From the NCBI GenBank assembly GCA_005887735.1, contig VBII01000094.1, positions 1-39,919 of the forward strand: a stretch of 39,919 nt of DNA, given 5' to 3'. The notes below the pieces were generated by a model that had not been told where the DNA came from, made no database searches, and worked only from the letters and a program-made list of their open reading frames with translations. The stretch comes from Chloroflexota bacterium. Its GTDB lineage: Bacteria; Chloroflexota; Dormibacteria; Dormibacterales; Dormibacteraceae. Made by a program: the position numbers and the translations under genes. Shown here piece by piece: positions 15,789-23,824 of this stretch. Numbering within the stretch: the stretch's first letter is position 1; the number at the start of each line of letters is the position of its first letter.

Positions 15789-16762
15789 TAGGGAATGTTG
15801 CGTTTCAAGCCCCGAATGTAGGCTCTCGTTTTACGCTCGGCGGCGAGGAGGCTCGCGCCCGCGGCGGACAGCACCAGCTCCCAGCTCCCGACGTAACTGA
15901 CCTCGTCGCCGCCGAACTCCGACTTGAAAAGGCCGATCCCCTCCAGCGGATGACCCGGTCGAGCCTTCGGCGGCGGGATGCCCCAAAAGTCGAAGTCGGT
16001 GCAGCCGGCTTCGGCCGCGCTGGAGATCGCCGACCACCACGCGAGGTCGTTGCCCATCAGCTCCCGCCGGCGACCGCTGCGCCCGGCGAAGAGGCTGTAG
16101 GCGCGTCCCCCGTGTCGGGCCACGAGAACAGTCGCGAGGGGCTCCCGGTTGTCCGGCGCGAACGCGGTATAAGTGCGGCACCATGGAAGTACATCGAGCA
16201 GGGTTTCGTAGTAACGCCGGTCAGGCAGGTGAATCGATACGCGTCGCTCGACGGCCGCCGACTGACGCGCAAGCTCAGCGGCATCCTTGCCCTCCTCGAC
16301 GACGACTCCGCGCTTGATGCCGGTGCGGATATTGTAACGACGACCATGGCGAAACGTCGCAATCAGCTCGCCCGGCGGCACCAGCTTGAGGATCCGCGTG
16401 TGCTGTGGCTGTGTGGGTGCAATGCGCGTGAATCGTTTCTCGGTCAGGACCTCAGCGAAGCTCTCTGGTGCTTCAGGTTCGACGACGACGCGCGCCATCC
16501 CGGAGGCCCGTGACCAATCGACGATCGAGTCGACTGCCTCGGGGGTCGCCGGGACTGGGCCGCGTGGGATGTATGCCTCGCGCACCGGACCGACCTTGCG
16601 TGTGAGCACGCTGGCCATCGTTCCGTGCGAAGGCGACTTCACGCGCTCGACGGTCCATCCCGCGCGAACCTGCACCTCACCCCACGCCCACGTCTGCAAC
16701 AACGGTGCCGGTGTTGCGCGCTCATCGAGGTCGTCGTCCCAGCGTTCGGCTTCGCTGCTCAT
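15788..16762 (-). CDS. FemAB-family (peptidoglycan interpeptide bridge / aminoacyl-tRNA-dependent transferase-like) protein
   Basis: 'LLQTWAWGEV', 'FRHGRRYNIRTGIKRGV', 'YSLFAGRSG...MGNDLAWW' and 'FDFWGI...GIGLFKSEFGG' resemble the FemX/FemAB family. ATG 16762 forms an ATGA overlap with the upstream stop. The listed 448-aa ORF N-terminus is antisense noise. Confidence 0.6.
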   Translation of the reverse strand: MSSEAERWDDDLDERATPAPLLQTWAWGEVQVRAGWTVERVKSPSHGTMASVLTRKVGPVREAYIPRGPVPATPEAVDSIVDWSRASGMARVVVEPEAPESFAEVLTEKRFTRIAPTQPQHTRILKLVPPGELIATFRHGRRYNIRTGIKRGVVVEEGKDAAELARQSAAVERRVSIHLPDRRYYETLLDVLPWCRTYTAFAPDNREPLATVLVARHGGRAYSLFAGRSGRRRELMGNDLAWWSAISSAAEAGCTDFDFWGIPPPKARPGHPLEGIGLFKSEFGGDEVSYVGSWELVLSAAGASLLAAERKTRAYIRGLKRNIP

Positions 16763-17385
16763 CCGGGACCGACTTCCGTGACCAGCACATTCTCGAGATG
16801 CGCGATGTCGTTGACACCGCCGATCAGCATGCGGCCATCCCGTTTCTCGAGCAGCGTGATGGACGCGTTCTGGATCTTGAAAGGAAACAGGCCGCGGCTC
16901 GGCTTGCCGACCACGCTGTGGAGCGCGACCTGGATCACGCCACCATGAGTCACCACGAGCACGTCGCCATGTAGGTGACGACGGAAGATCTCGTCCAGCG
17001 CCGACGTCACCCGCGTCTCGAAGCTCGCGGCACCCTCGCCGCCTGGCACCACATCCCAGTCCGGTTCTTCGACCCAGGCCGCCCAGGCCTCGGGAAATCG
17101 TTGCTCGATCTCCTCCGTCCGCAATCCCTCCCACTCGCCGAGGTAGATCTCGCGCAGGGAGGTCATCGCTTCGGGCTGGACGCCGGCGGCGAGGGCGCCG
17201 ATGGCTTGCGCGGTCTCGAACGCGCGCTTAAGGTCGCTGGCGTAGAAGCCGGCAAACTTGCGCCCGGCCAGGCGCGCGCCCAGGAGCTCGGCCTGTCGGA
17301 GCCCCTCAGGCGAAAGCGGAGGGTCGAGCTGGCCCTGGATGCGGTGCTCGCGGTTCCACGTCGACTGGCCGTGGCGCACGAGCAC
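16759..17385 (-). CDS. histidine phosphatase family protein (phosphoglycerate mutase-like)
   Basis: 'LVRHGQSTWN' (RHG motif), 'LSPEGLRQA' and 'VVTHGGVI' are present. Length 208 aa. Confidence 0.8.
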   Translation of the reverse strand: MLVRHGQSTWNREHRIQGQLDPPLSPEGLRQAELLGARLAGRKFAGFYASDLKRAFETAQAIGALAAGVQPEAMTSLREIYLGEWEGLRTEEIEQRFPEAWAAWVEEPDWDVVPGGEGAASFETRVTSALDEIFRRHLHGDVLVVTHGGVIQVALHSVVGKPSRGLFPFKIQNASITLLEKRDGRMLIGGVNDIAHLENVLVTEVGPG

Positions 17386-17516
17386 GAGGCGCGCGGGGGC
17401 AGGACGAGCGGCTAAGGGGAACTCAGGTGGCTCGGCACGCGCTGCTGCGATCTTGATGCCTATACTAACTTTCTCTTAATTCCCGATCGGGCTGCGCCGA
17501 TCTCAGGAGAAGACTC

Positions 17517-19040
17517 TTGCATTCGCACGGCTCGCTGGCCGAAACCCCCCTTCGATCGCTTCTCGAATCCGCTCAGGGCGAGCGGTCCACGGGCACCCTC
17601 AACGTCCGCAATGGAAACGGGCAGTCAGCCTCGCTGTACTTCCTGTTCGGCCATCTTTTTCACGCCCAGAGTGATGGGAAGTCAGGCGACGAGGCCGTCG
17701 TCAACGCCCTGCACTGGACCAAGGGCGACTTTGACTTCGACGCCAAGGCCAAGCTGCCGGCGGACGAGACCGTCAGGGCCGGCATCCCAGAGCTGGTGCA
17801 CGCGGCCGAGTCCGCGCCGAAGCCCGCGGCGGCGGAACCCAAGCCCGAACCACATCCCGAACCACAGGCGGAGCGTCCGGAGCCTCGCAACGAACGAAAA
17901 GAGCATGCTGAACCGGAGAAAAAGGTGGAAGCCCCCCAGCCAAGACGCGGCGTGAAGCACCGCCCGCAGCCGAAGCACGGCCGGGAGCCGATTCCCGTGC
18001 CGGCGGGCCAGATCCTTTACGACTCGCTGAAAACGTCATTCGTCGACTTTCCGCGCCTGCTCACGACGCTCGAGCGCGAGGGCTACACGGGATACGTGAG
18101 ACTCCTGACCGACGACGCGTCCGGGCTCATCCTGTTTCGCGAGGGTTCGGCCCTGGAATGTCTTTACGACGGCGCCGCTGACGCGGGAAGCCTCGTGCTC
18201 GGCAAGTCCGCGCTGCAGCACTTCAACGACGACGTCACCGCGGGGCACGGCGTGCTCGACGTGGTGGGGCTGTCGCCCGAGCTCATCGATGGGCTCTACG
18301 AGCTGACCGTGTCGAGGCCTATGTACACCGAGCTCTACGCCGGGTGGGTCGACATGAAGGCGCTGCTCAACTTCTTGAGCGACCGCAAGCTGAGTGGAAG
18401 CGTGATGATCCGCTCAGGCGCCGGAACCGGGGTCATCATCCTTGCCGGCGGCGAGCTTGCGGGCGCGTACACGAGCGAGTCGCGCGACATCTCGGACAAA
18501 CCCGACCGCGCTCTGGCGCTCTGCGACGACCCCAACGCGATGATCGAGGTCAAGTCGGCCGACGCCACGCCGCACCCGCCGCTGGACGTCGAGGAGGTGG
18601 TAGGCGGACAGAGGGCTCGCCAGGCGCCGGCATCCTTCGCCGCACCCGCAGCCCAGCCGGAACCCGTGCCCGCGACCAATCCGACTCTGCCGGTGATACC
18701 GGTGATGCCGCAGGAGCCGCCGACGGCGCAGATTCCGACCGGTTCGTTCTCCGGCTTCACTCCGGCGCCGACGCCGGTCGCGCCGACCTCGCCCCCGAGG
18801 TCCGGCGGACCTCAGCTGGACTGGGGCTCGGTCGTGGCCGAGCTGCAGGCGATGGCCGAGGACGCGCTCGGCAACCGAGCGCGCAAGGTGAAGGACATCC
18901 TGGGGGCTGCAGATCCCTCCCTCGCCGGCATCGAGGCCGCCATCGACCAGATCCCGAGCATCTCGCTGCTGTTCGTCGATTCCTCGCGCCTGGAGCAGCT
19001 GGCGCAAGAGATGAGAGCGCGCCTCAAGTCCCACCTCTAG
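17517..19040 (+). CDS. DUF4388 (PATAN-like) domain protein with three related repeats and Pro/Glu-rich linkers
   Basis: The N-terminus is 'GSLAETPLRSLLESAQGERSTGTLNVRNGNGQSASLYFLFGHLFHA'. Similar units are 'GYVRLLTDDASGLILFREGSALECLY' and 'GSVMIRSGAGTGVIILAGGELAGAYT'. TTG start with AGGAGA upstream. Confidence 0.6.
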   Translation: MHSHGSLAETPLRSLLESAQGERSTGTLNVRNGNGQSASLYFLFGHLFHAQSDGKSGDEAVVNALHWTKGDFDFDAKAKLPADETVRAGIPELVHAAESAPKPAAAEPKPEPHPEPQAERPEPRNERKEHAEPEKKVEAPQPRRGVKHRPQPKHGREPIPVPAGQILYDSLKTSFVDFPRLLTTLEREGYTGYVRLLTDDASGLILFREGSALECLYDGAADAGSLVLGKSALQHFNDDVTAGHGVLDVVGLSPELIDGLYELTVSRPMYTELYAGWVDMKALLNFLSDRKLSGSVMIRSGAGTGVIILAGGELAGAYTSESRDISDKPDRALALCDDPNAMIEVKSADATPHPPLDVEEVVGGQRARQAPASFAAPAAQPEPVPATNPTLPVIPVMPQEPPTAQIPTGSFSGFTPAPTPVAPTSPPRSGGPQLDWGSVVAELQAMAEDALGNRARKVKDILGAADPSLAGIEAAIDQIPSISLLFVDSSRLEQLAQEMRARLKSHL

Positions 19041-19066
19041 GCGGCTCGTGTAAAACCGTTAACAGG

Positions 19067-20650
19067 GTGGGTTGGCATTCCTTTGTTTCCCTGAGGCGGT
19101 GGGCGTTCCTTCCTGCCGGCGCACTGCTGATCCTCAGCCTGGGCTTGTCGGCGTGCGGCGGCGACCCGCCCCAGATCGTCGACTACTCCCCCCAGCGCAA
19201 CGCCGTCGACGTTTCGACCGCCGCCCCGATCATCATCACCTTCGACCACGAGGTCGATCGCGCCTCGGTGGAGAGCCGGCTGCGCCTCCAGCCCGCGACG
19301 ACCGGCACCGTGCGCTGGCTCGACGGCCGCCGCACCTACCAGGTCATCCTCGAGTCCGGCTATCGCGACCCCGCCGGCAACACATACACGCTCCGCCATC
19401 ACTGGGGCTTCACGACCGAGGCACCTCCCAACCTGGTCGGCTCGACGCCCACCAATGGTGACGGTGGCGTCGACACATCGACTTATCTGAATCTTGACTT
19501 CACGCGGGCGATGGACCCGAGCACCCTGAAAAGTGCGCTGTCGATAAGTCCAAACATCCCGTTCGAGGTCAGGCTCGATCCAACGGATGCCCGCCGCGCG
19601 ATCATCGCCCCCTCCCAGCTCCTCGCTCCACATACCGACTACAAGATCCTGGTCAACACCGCAGCGCTGGACGCGGACGGCAACCAGCTCGGCCGTGACG
19701 CGACGCTCTCCTTCAACACCGGTCCCCTGCAGCAGCTGCACCACTGGATCGCATTCGCCACGGACGGAATCGATGGTTCACCGGGCGGCCTGTGGATCGT
19801 CAACGAGTCCGGGTTTCCGCGCCAGCTGTTCGATCTGGGCGACGTGCGAACCTTCAACTGGTCGCCAGGCGGCGACACGCTCTTGATCGAGGATCAGAAC
19901 GGCGCCTGGTGGCAGTTCACGCCCGGAGGAGCCACCACGCGACTGAACTTCAAGGCGACCTGGGCAGGTTCGCTTGCGGCCGGAATGGGTTATGTCTACG
20001 TCGACGGCCTCGGGGTCCTGCACCGCCAGACGGGTGATGGAGCCGACGACGTCATCGCGACAGACGTCGCGGAGGCTTCGGTCGCGCCTGATGGATTGCG
20101 CGTCGCGTTCATCCACGCGACTTCGAATCTCAACGAGGTCTGGGGTTACGACGTCGGCTTGCGCGCGCGCTACCAGCTCGCCCTCGACACCGCCGCGGTG
20201 AGCGGAGTCGCGTGGGATACCGCGGGAAAGCGCATCGCCTACCTGCGCCAGGACCCAAAGGGAGCCAGCCTCCGGGTGCGCAACCTGACGGGCGCCTCCA
20301 CGACGGCGACGCTTACGACCGGAGACCTCGGCCGACCGGCCTGGCTTCCCGACTCGACGCACCTGATTTTCTCGGCGGCAGTCGCGACCCCGACCGGCGT
20401 GCTGCACAAGGCGTTCGTCGTCAACGTCGTATCGCCCCCGACTGCGCTCACCCTCTCGCTGGGGCTGCCCTCAGATCCGATCGATGTGACCTCGCCGGTC
20501 TCATCGCCCGACGGTCACCAGATCGCCTTCTTGAGTCAGGACCAGGTCTGGCTCATGAACGCCGACGGGACCAGGCCCATGGCGTTGACGAGAGAAGACC
20601 CGCTGGCCTTTCCTTACTCTTGCCGGGCCCTGGCGTGGACGCGAACATGA
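19067..20650 (+). CDS. lipoprotein with Ig-like (SbsA/Big_5-type) domains and a TolB-like beta-propeller region
   Basis: The signal peptide with lipobox is 'LLILSLGLSACGG'. 'YSPQRNAVDVSTAAPIIITFDHEVD' and 'GSTPTNGDGGVDTSTYLNLDFTRAMD' are Ig-like N-termini. PD40-like segments are 'SPGGDTLL', 'APDGLRVAF', 'GKRIAYL' and 'SPDGHQIAFL'. GTG 19067. Confidence 0.65.
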   Translation: MGWHSFVSLRRWAFLPAGALLILSLGLSACGGDPPQIVDYSPQRNAVDVSTAAPIIITFDHEVDRASVESRLRLQPATTGTVRWLDGRRTYQVILESGYRDPAGNTYTLRHHWGFTTEAPPNLVGSTPTNGDGGVDTSTYLNLDFTRAMDPSTLKSALSISPNIPFEVRLDPTDARRAIIAPSQLLAPHTDYKILVNTAALDADGNQLGRDATLSFNTGPLQQLHHWIAFATDGIDGSPGGLWIVNESGFPRQLFDLGDVRTFNWSPGGDTLLIEDQNGAWWQFTPGGATTRLNFKATWAGSLAAGMGYVYVDGLGVLHRQTGDGADDVIATDVAEASVAPDGLRVAFIHATSNLNEVWGYDVGLRARYQLALDTAAVSGVAWDTAGKRIAYLRQDPKGASLRVRNLTGASTTATLTTGDLGRPAWLPDSTHLIFSAAVATPTGVLHKAFVVNVVSPPTALTLSLGLPSDPIDVTSPVSSPDGHQIAFLSQDQVWLMNADGTRPMALTREDPLAFPYSCRALAWTRT

Positions 20651-21918
20651 GCCCGCTCCGCGACGCCTTCGAACAATTCCTCCAGCCGGTCAGCCGTTCG
20701 CGTCCACGAGAACCGCTGGGCTAGAAGGCGTCCCCGGCGGCCCATCTGCTGGGCCAGCTCCGGGTTGTCGAGCAGGCGGCCGATGCGTTCCGCGTATGTC
20801 GCCGGGTCATGGGAGTCGATGAGGTAACCGCTGACGTCGTCGCGCACCACCGAGCGCAAGCCCGTCACTCCCGAGCCGACCACCGGGCGACCGCAGGCCT
20901 GGGCTTCCAAACCGACCAGCCCAAACGACTCGCTGTAGGAGGGCATCACGCAAACATCGGCCGCCGAATAGAAGTACGGCAGCTCGTGGTGCGCGACCGA
21001 ACCGAGGAAGTCGACGCGATCCCGCACGCCGGCCGCGGTCGCGATCGCCTTGAGCCGCTCCATCTCGCTCTCGTCGCCATCCGTGCTGTCCTCGCCGAGG
21101 ATCAGCAGGCGAACGTCGTCATGAGCGCGGTCGCGCAGCAGGGCCAGCGCGAGGATCGCGACCTCGACACCTTTCAATCGCTCGAGCCGGCCCACGAAAA
21201 GCAACAGCCGGCCCGCGCCGTACCCGATCTTGCGCCGAGCCTCATCCCGCTCGATCGGCTGGAACACGGAGAGGTCCACGCCTGGCGGGACCACGACGAC
21301 ATGTTCGGGATCGGCGCCGTAGGCGTGCACGAGATCCGAGGCCTCCTCGCCCGTCGATGCGATCAAGAGATCAGCCTGGCGCGCGATCTCTCCCTCCACG
21401 CGAATTCGGAGCGCCGGCTCAGCGTGAGCGCCGGCCGCGAGCGTTCGGTTCTTGACCAACCCGAGGGTGTGCGCGATGTGCGCCCAGCCCGCGGCCATTT
21501 GAGGTCTCAGGAGACAAGCGACCTCGCCGGAGAGCCAGTAATGGGAGAACAGCATGTCGTAGGCGAAGCCTTCTCGTTCGGCGAACTCGAGGACCTGGTT
21601 CGCAAAGGCGGGAACCTGGTCGTAGAGGCTGTACTTGTCGAGTCCCCGGCCGGCGGGCAGGTAGATCACGCACGAGTTCTCGGCGAGGGATTCCATCGCG
21701 GGATCGGTCGGACCCCGGCGCGTGAAGACGTCGCTGGCGATGCCACGTTCGCTGAACGCCGCACAGATCTCTCGCACGTAGACGTTGAGTCCGCCGTTGG
21801 CGTTCTGGCCCAAGGACGCGGTGGGCGAGGTATGCATGGAGATGACCGCGACCCGCCGTGCGGTGCGGTCGGAGACCAGCCGGTCTGTCTCAGCCACGGT
21901 ACGCCGATCTCGCGTCAA
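20614..21918 (-). CDS. GT4-family glycosyltransferase, MshA-like
   Basis: 'RVAVISMHTSPTASLGQNANGGLNVYVRE' resembles the MshA N-terminus. The C-terminal 'MPSYSESFGLVGLEAQACGRPVVG' is the GT4 EX7E region. Confidence 0.7.
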   Translation of the reverse strand: MTRDRRTVAETDRLVSDRTARRVAVISMHTSPTASLGQNANGGLNVYVREICAAFSERGIASDVFTRRGPTDPAMESLAENSCVIYLPAGRGLDKYSLYDQVPAFANQVLEFAEREGFAYDMLFSHYWLSGEVACLLRPQMAAGWAHIAHTLGLVKNRTLAAGAHAEPALRIRVEGEIARQADLLIASTGEEASDLVHAYGADPEHVVVVPPGVDLSVFQPIERDEARRKIGYGAGRLLLFVGRLERLKGVEVAILALALLRDRAHDDVRLLILGEDSTDGDESEMERLKAIATAAGVRDRVDFLGSVAHHELPYFYSAADVCVMPSYSESFGLVGLEAQACGRPVVGSGVTGLRSVVRDDVSGYLIDSHDPATYAERIGRLLDNPELAQQMGRRGRLLAQRFSWTRTADRLEELFEGVAERAHVRVHARARQE

Positions 21919-22064
21919 GCCAGCGTCTCGAGACGCAGCAGAAAGCGGAACGGGAGACCGGCGAACAGGAAGCCATAAGAACTTAAACGTACGAGCTTCG
22001 GCCGTATTCCCGCCCGAAGGCCGCCGCGAACCGGTTCGAACCGGCTGGATATGATTTGGCCTAG

Positions 22065-22637
22065 ATGCGAGTCAGCAGAGGGCTCCTCCTGGCGGTGGGA
22101 ATACCGGCTTTTTTCATCCTGACCGCTCTCTCCTCCCTTGCCGACACCTCCCCGTCGCCTTCGGCCGGCTCGTCGGCGAGCGGGGCGACCACGCTGCCCG
22201 GAGATCCCACCAAGGGGGCCACCCTCTACGCGCAGAACTGCGCCACCTGCCACGGCGCAAGCCTCGAAGGCGGAATCGGCGCGGTGCTGAACCCGATCGA
22301 GAAGCTGCCCGGCGTATCCAACCCGCTGGACCCCAACTTCCTGATCGAGATCATCGCCAACGGCCGCCAGCCGCAGGCCGGCGACCCGAAGCAGACTCCG
22401 ATGCCGGCCAAGGGTGGCAACAACAAGCTCACCGACCAGGACGTCAAGGACCTCGCCGCCTACATAATCGAGCAGAACCGCACGCCGGGCGGCGGCGCGC
22501 TGTCACCGGGCGAGCTGGCCAAGCGCACCATCCTCTGGGTGAGCATCGCGATCATCGCGATGGGCTTCATCACGTACCTCCTGGCCACGTACAACATGCG
22601 ATGGATCGCGCGCCGCGGCGCGGCGCGACGCAAGTAA
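22065..22637 (+). CDS. membrane-anchored class I c-type cytochrome
   Basis: N-terminal signal/anchor, heme motif 'CATCHG', distal 'TPMPAKGG' and a C-terminal TM segment 'ILWVSIAIIAMGFITYLLA'. Confidence 0.8.
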   Translation: MRVSRGLLLAVGIPAFFILTALSSLADTSPSPSAGSSASGATTLPGDPTKGATLYAQNCATCHGASLEGGIGAVLNPIEKLPGVSNPLDPNFLIEIIANGRQPQAGDPKQTPMPAKGGNNKLTDQDVKDLAAYIIEQNRTPGGGALSPGELAKRTILWVSIAIIAMGFITYLLATYNMRWIARRGAARRK

Positions 22638-23824
22638 CCCAAGCCTTCTCCCTCTATCCAACCCCAGCCGGCGGCGCGCCGCGCGTGCTCATTCTCTTCA
22701 GCGACACCGGTGGTGGCCATCGCGCAGCCGCACGCGCGCTGACAGACGCGCTCAAGCTGCTCGACCCCACCTGCATCGTCACGGTCGCCGATCCCCTGAT
22801 CGGGCAGGGGCCGGCCATCGTGCGGCGGCTCGCGTCCCTCTACTCTCCCGTCATCCGCCGGTCGCGCGCAGCCTGGGGCGCGGTCTACCACTCGAGCAAC
22901 ACCCAACCTACGTTCGCCGCGATCCGCGCCGTGTTCGGGCCGGGCGTGCGCAAAGCCGTGCAGCGGCTGCTCACGCAGCATGACCCGGACGTGGTGCTCT
23001 CGGTCCACCCCCTTTTGAACCACATCGCGCACCAGGCCATCCGCAAGAGCGGCCGGCCGCGCGCGCTGATGACGGTGATCACCGACCTGGTCGACTTCCA
23101 CCGCGGATGGACCTTCAGCCAGGCCGACCTGGTTGTCGCGCCGACCGAGGGCGCGCGAAAGGTTGCGCTGCGCCGGCGTGTGCCGGCCGACCGCGTGAAG
23201 CTGCTCGGCCTGCCCGTAGATCTCCGCTTCCGGCCCCCGGCGCCAGGGGAGAAGCAGGCGCTGCGCCGGCGGTTCGGCCTGGATGAGCACCGATTCACAG
23301 TCCTCGTGATGGGCGGTGCCGCAGGCGTCGGTCCCCTTGCGGCGCAAGTCCGCAGCCTGGTGCTGGACGCGCATCCCTGGCAGCTGGTCGTGGTCTGCGG
23401 GCGCAACGAGAAGCTGCGGAGGCGGCTCGCCGATCAAGAAGCCGCGACCCCGATGCTCGTGCTTGGCTTCGTGGATTACATGCCCGAGCTGATGCGCGCG
23501 TGCGACCTCGTCGTCACCAAGGCCGGGCCCGGTGCGATCGCCGAAGCCCTGGCCACCGGACTCACACTCGTGATCACCGGTTTCCTACCCGGCCAGGAAT
23601 CGCCTAACGTCGACTTCGTCGTCGAGTCGCGCATCGGCGCCTTTGCGCCGAAGGAGTCGGACCTGCTGGACGAGGTCCGGGTGATGGCGGAGGGTGGGCC
23701 AACGTGGCGCGAGATGTCGGCCAAGGCGGAAGACATGGCGCATCCCTATGCGTCGTCAGACATAGCGCGGGAATGCCTGCTGCTGGCTGCGCGCTACAGA
23801 GCGTCGGTGCAGGCGAGCCGGTAA
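22601..23824 (+). CDS. MGDG-synthase/UgtP-like glycosyltransferase (GT28)
   Basis: 'RVLILFSDTGGGHRAAARAL' (MGDG_synth N-domain) and 'DLVVTKAGPGAIAEALATGLTLVI...PGQESPN' (GT28 C-domain). The start is uncertain because ATG 22601 overlaps the cytochrome gene end. Confidence 0.7.
   Translation: MDRAPRRGATQVTQAFSLYPTPAGGAPRVLILFSDTGGGHRAAARALTDALKLLDPTCIVTVADPLIGQGPAIVRRLASLYSPVIRRSRAAWGAVYHSSNTQPTFAAIRAVFGPGVRKAVQRLLTQHDPDVVLSVHPLLNHIAHQAIRKSGRPRALMTVITDLVDFHRGWTFSQADLVVAPTEGARKVALRRRVPADRVKLLGLPVDLRFRPPAPGEKQALRRRFGLDEHRFTVLVMGGAAGVGPLAAQVRSLVLDAHPWQLVVVCGRNEKLRRRLADQEAATPMLVLGFVDYMPELMRACDLVVTKAGPGAIAEALATGLTLVITGFLPGQESPNVDFVVESRIGAFAPKESDLLDEVRVMAEGGPTWREMSAKAEDMAHPYASSDIARECLLLAARYRASVQASR

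Noticed and set aside
21919-22064. The palindrome GAACCGGTTC with a tandem GAACCGG, and a CTTCGG...CCGAAG hairpin, upstream of the cytochrome c gene as possible operator sites.
   Set aside because: These are single short occurrences with no second copy in the window and no adjacent regulator, so they cannot be distinguished from chance.
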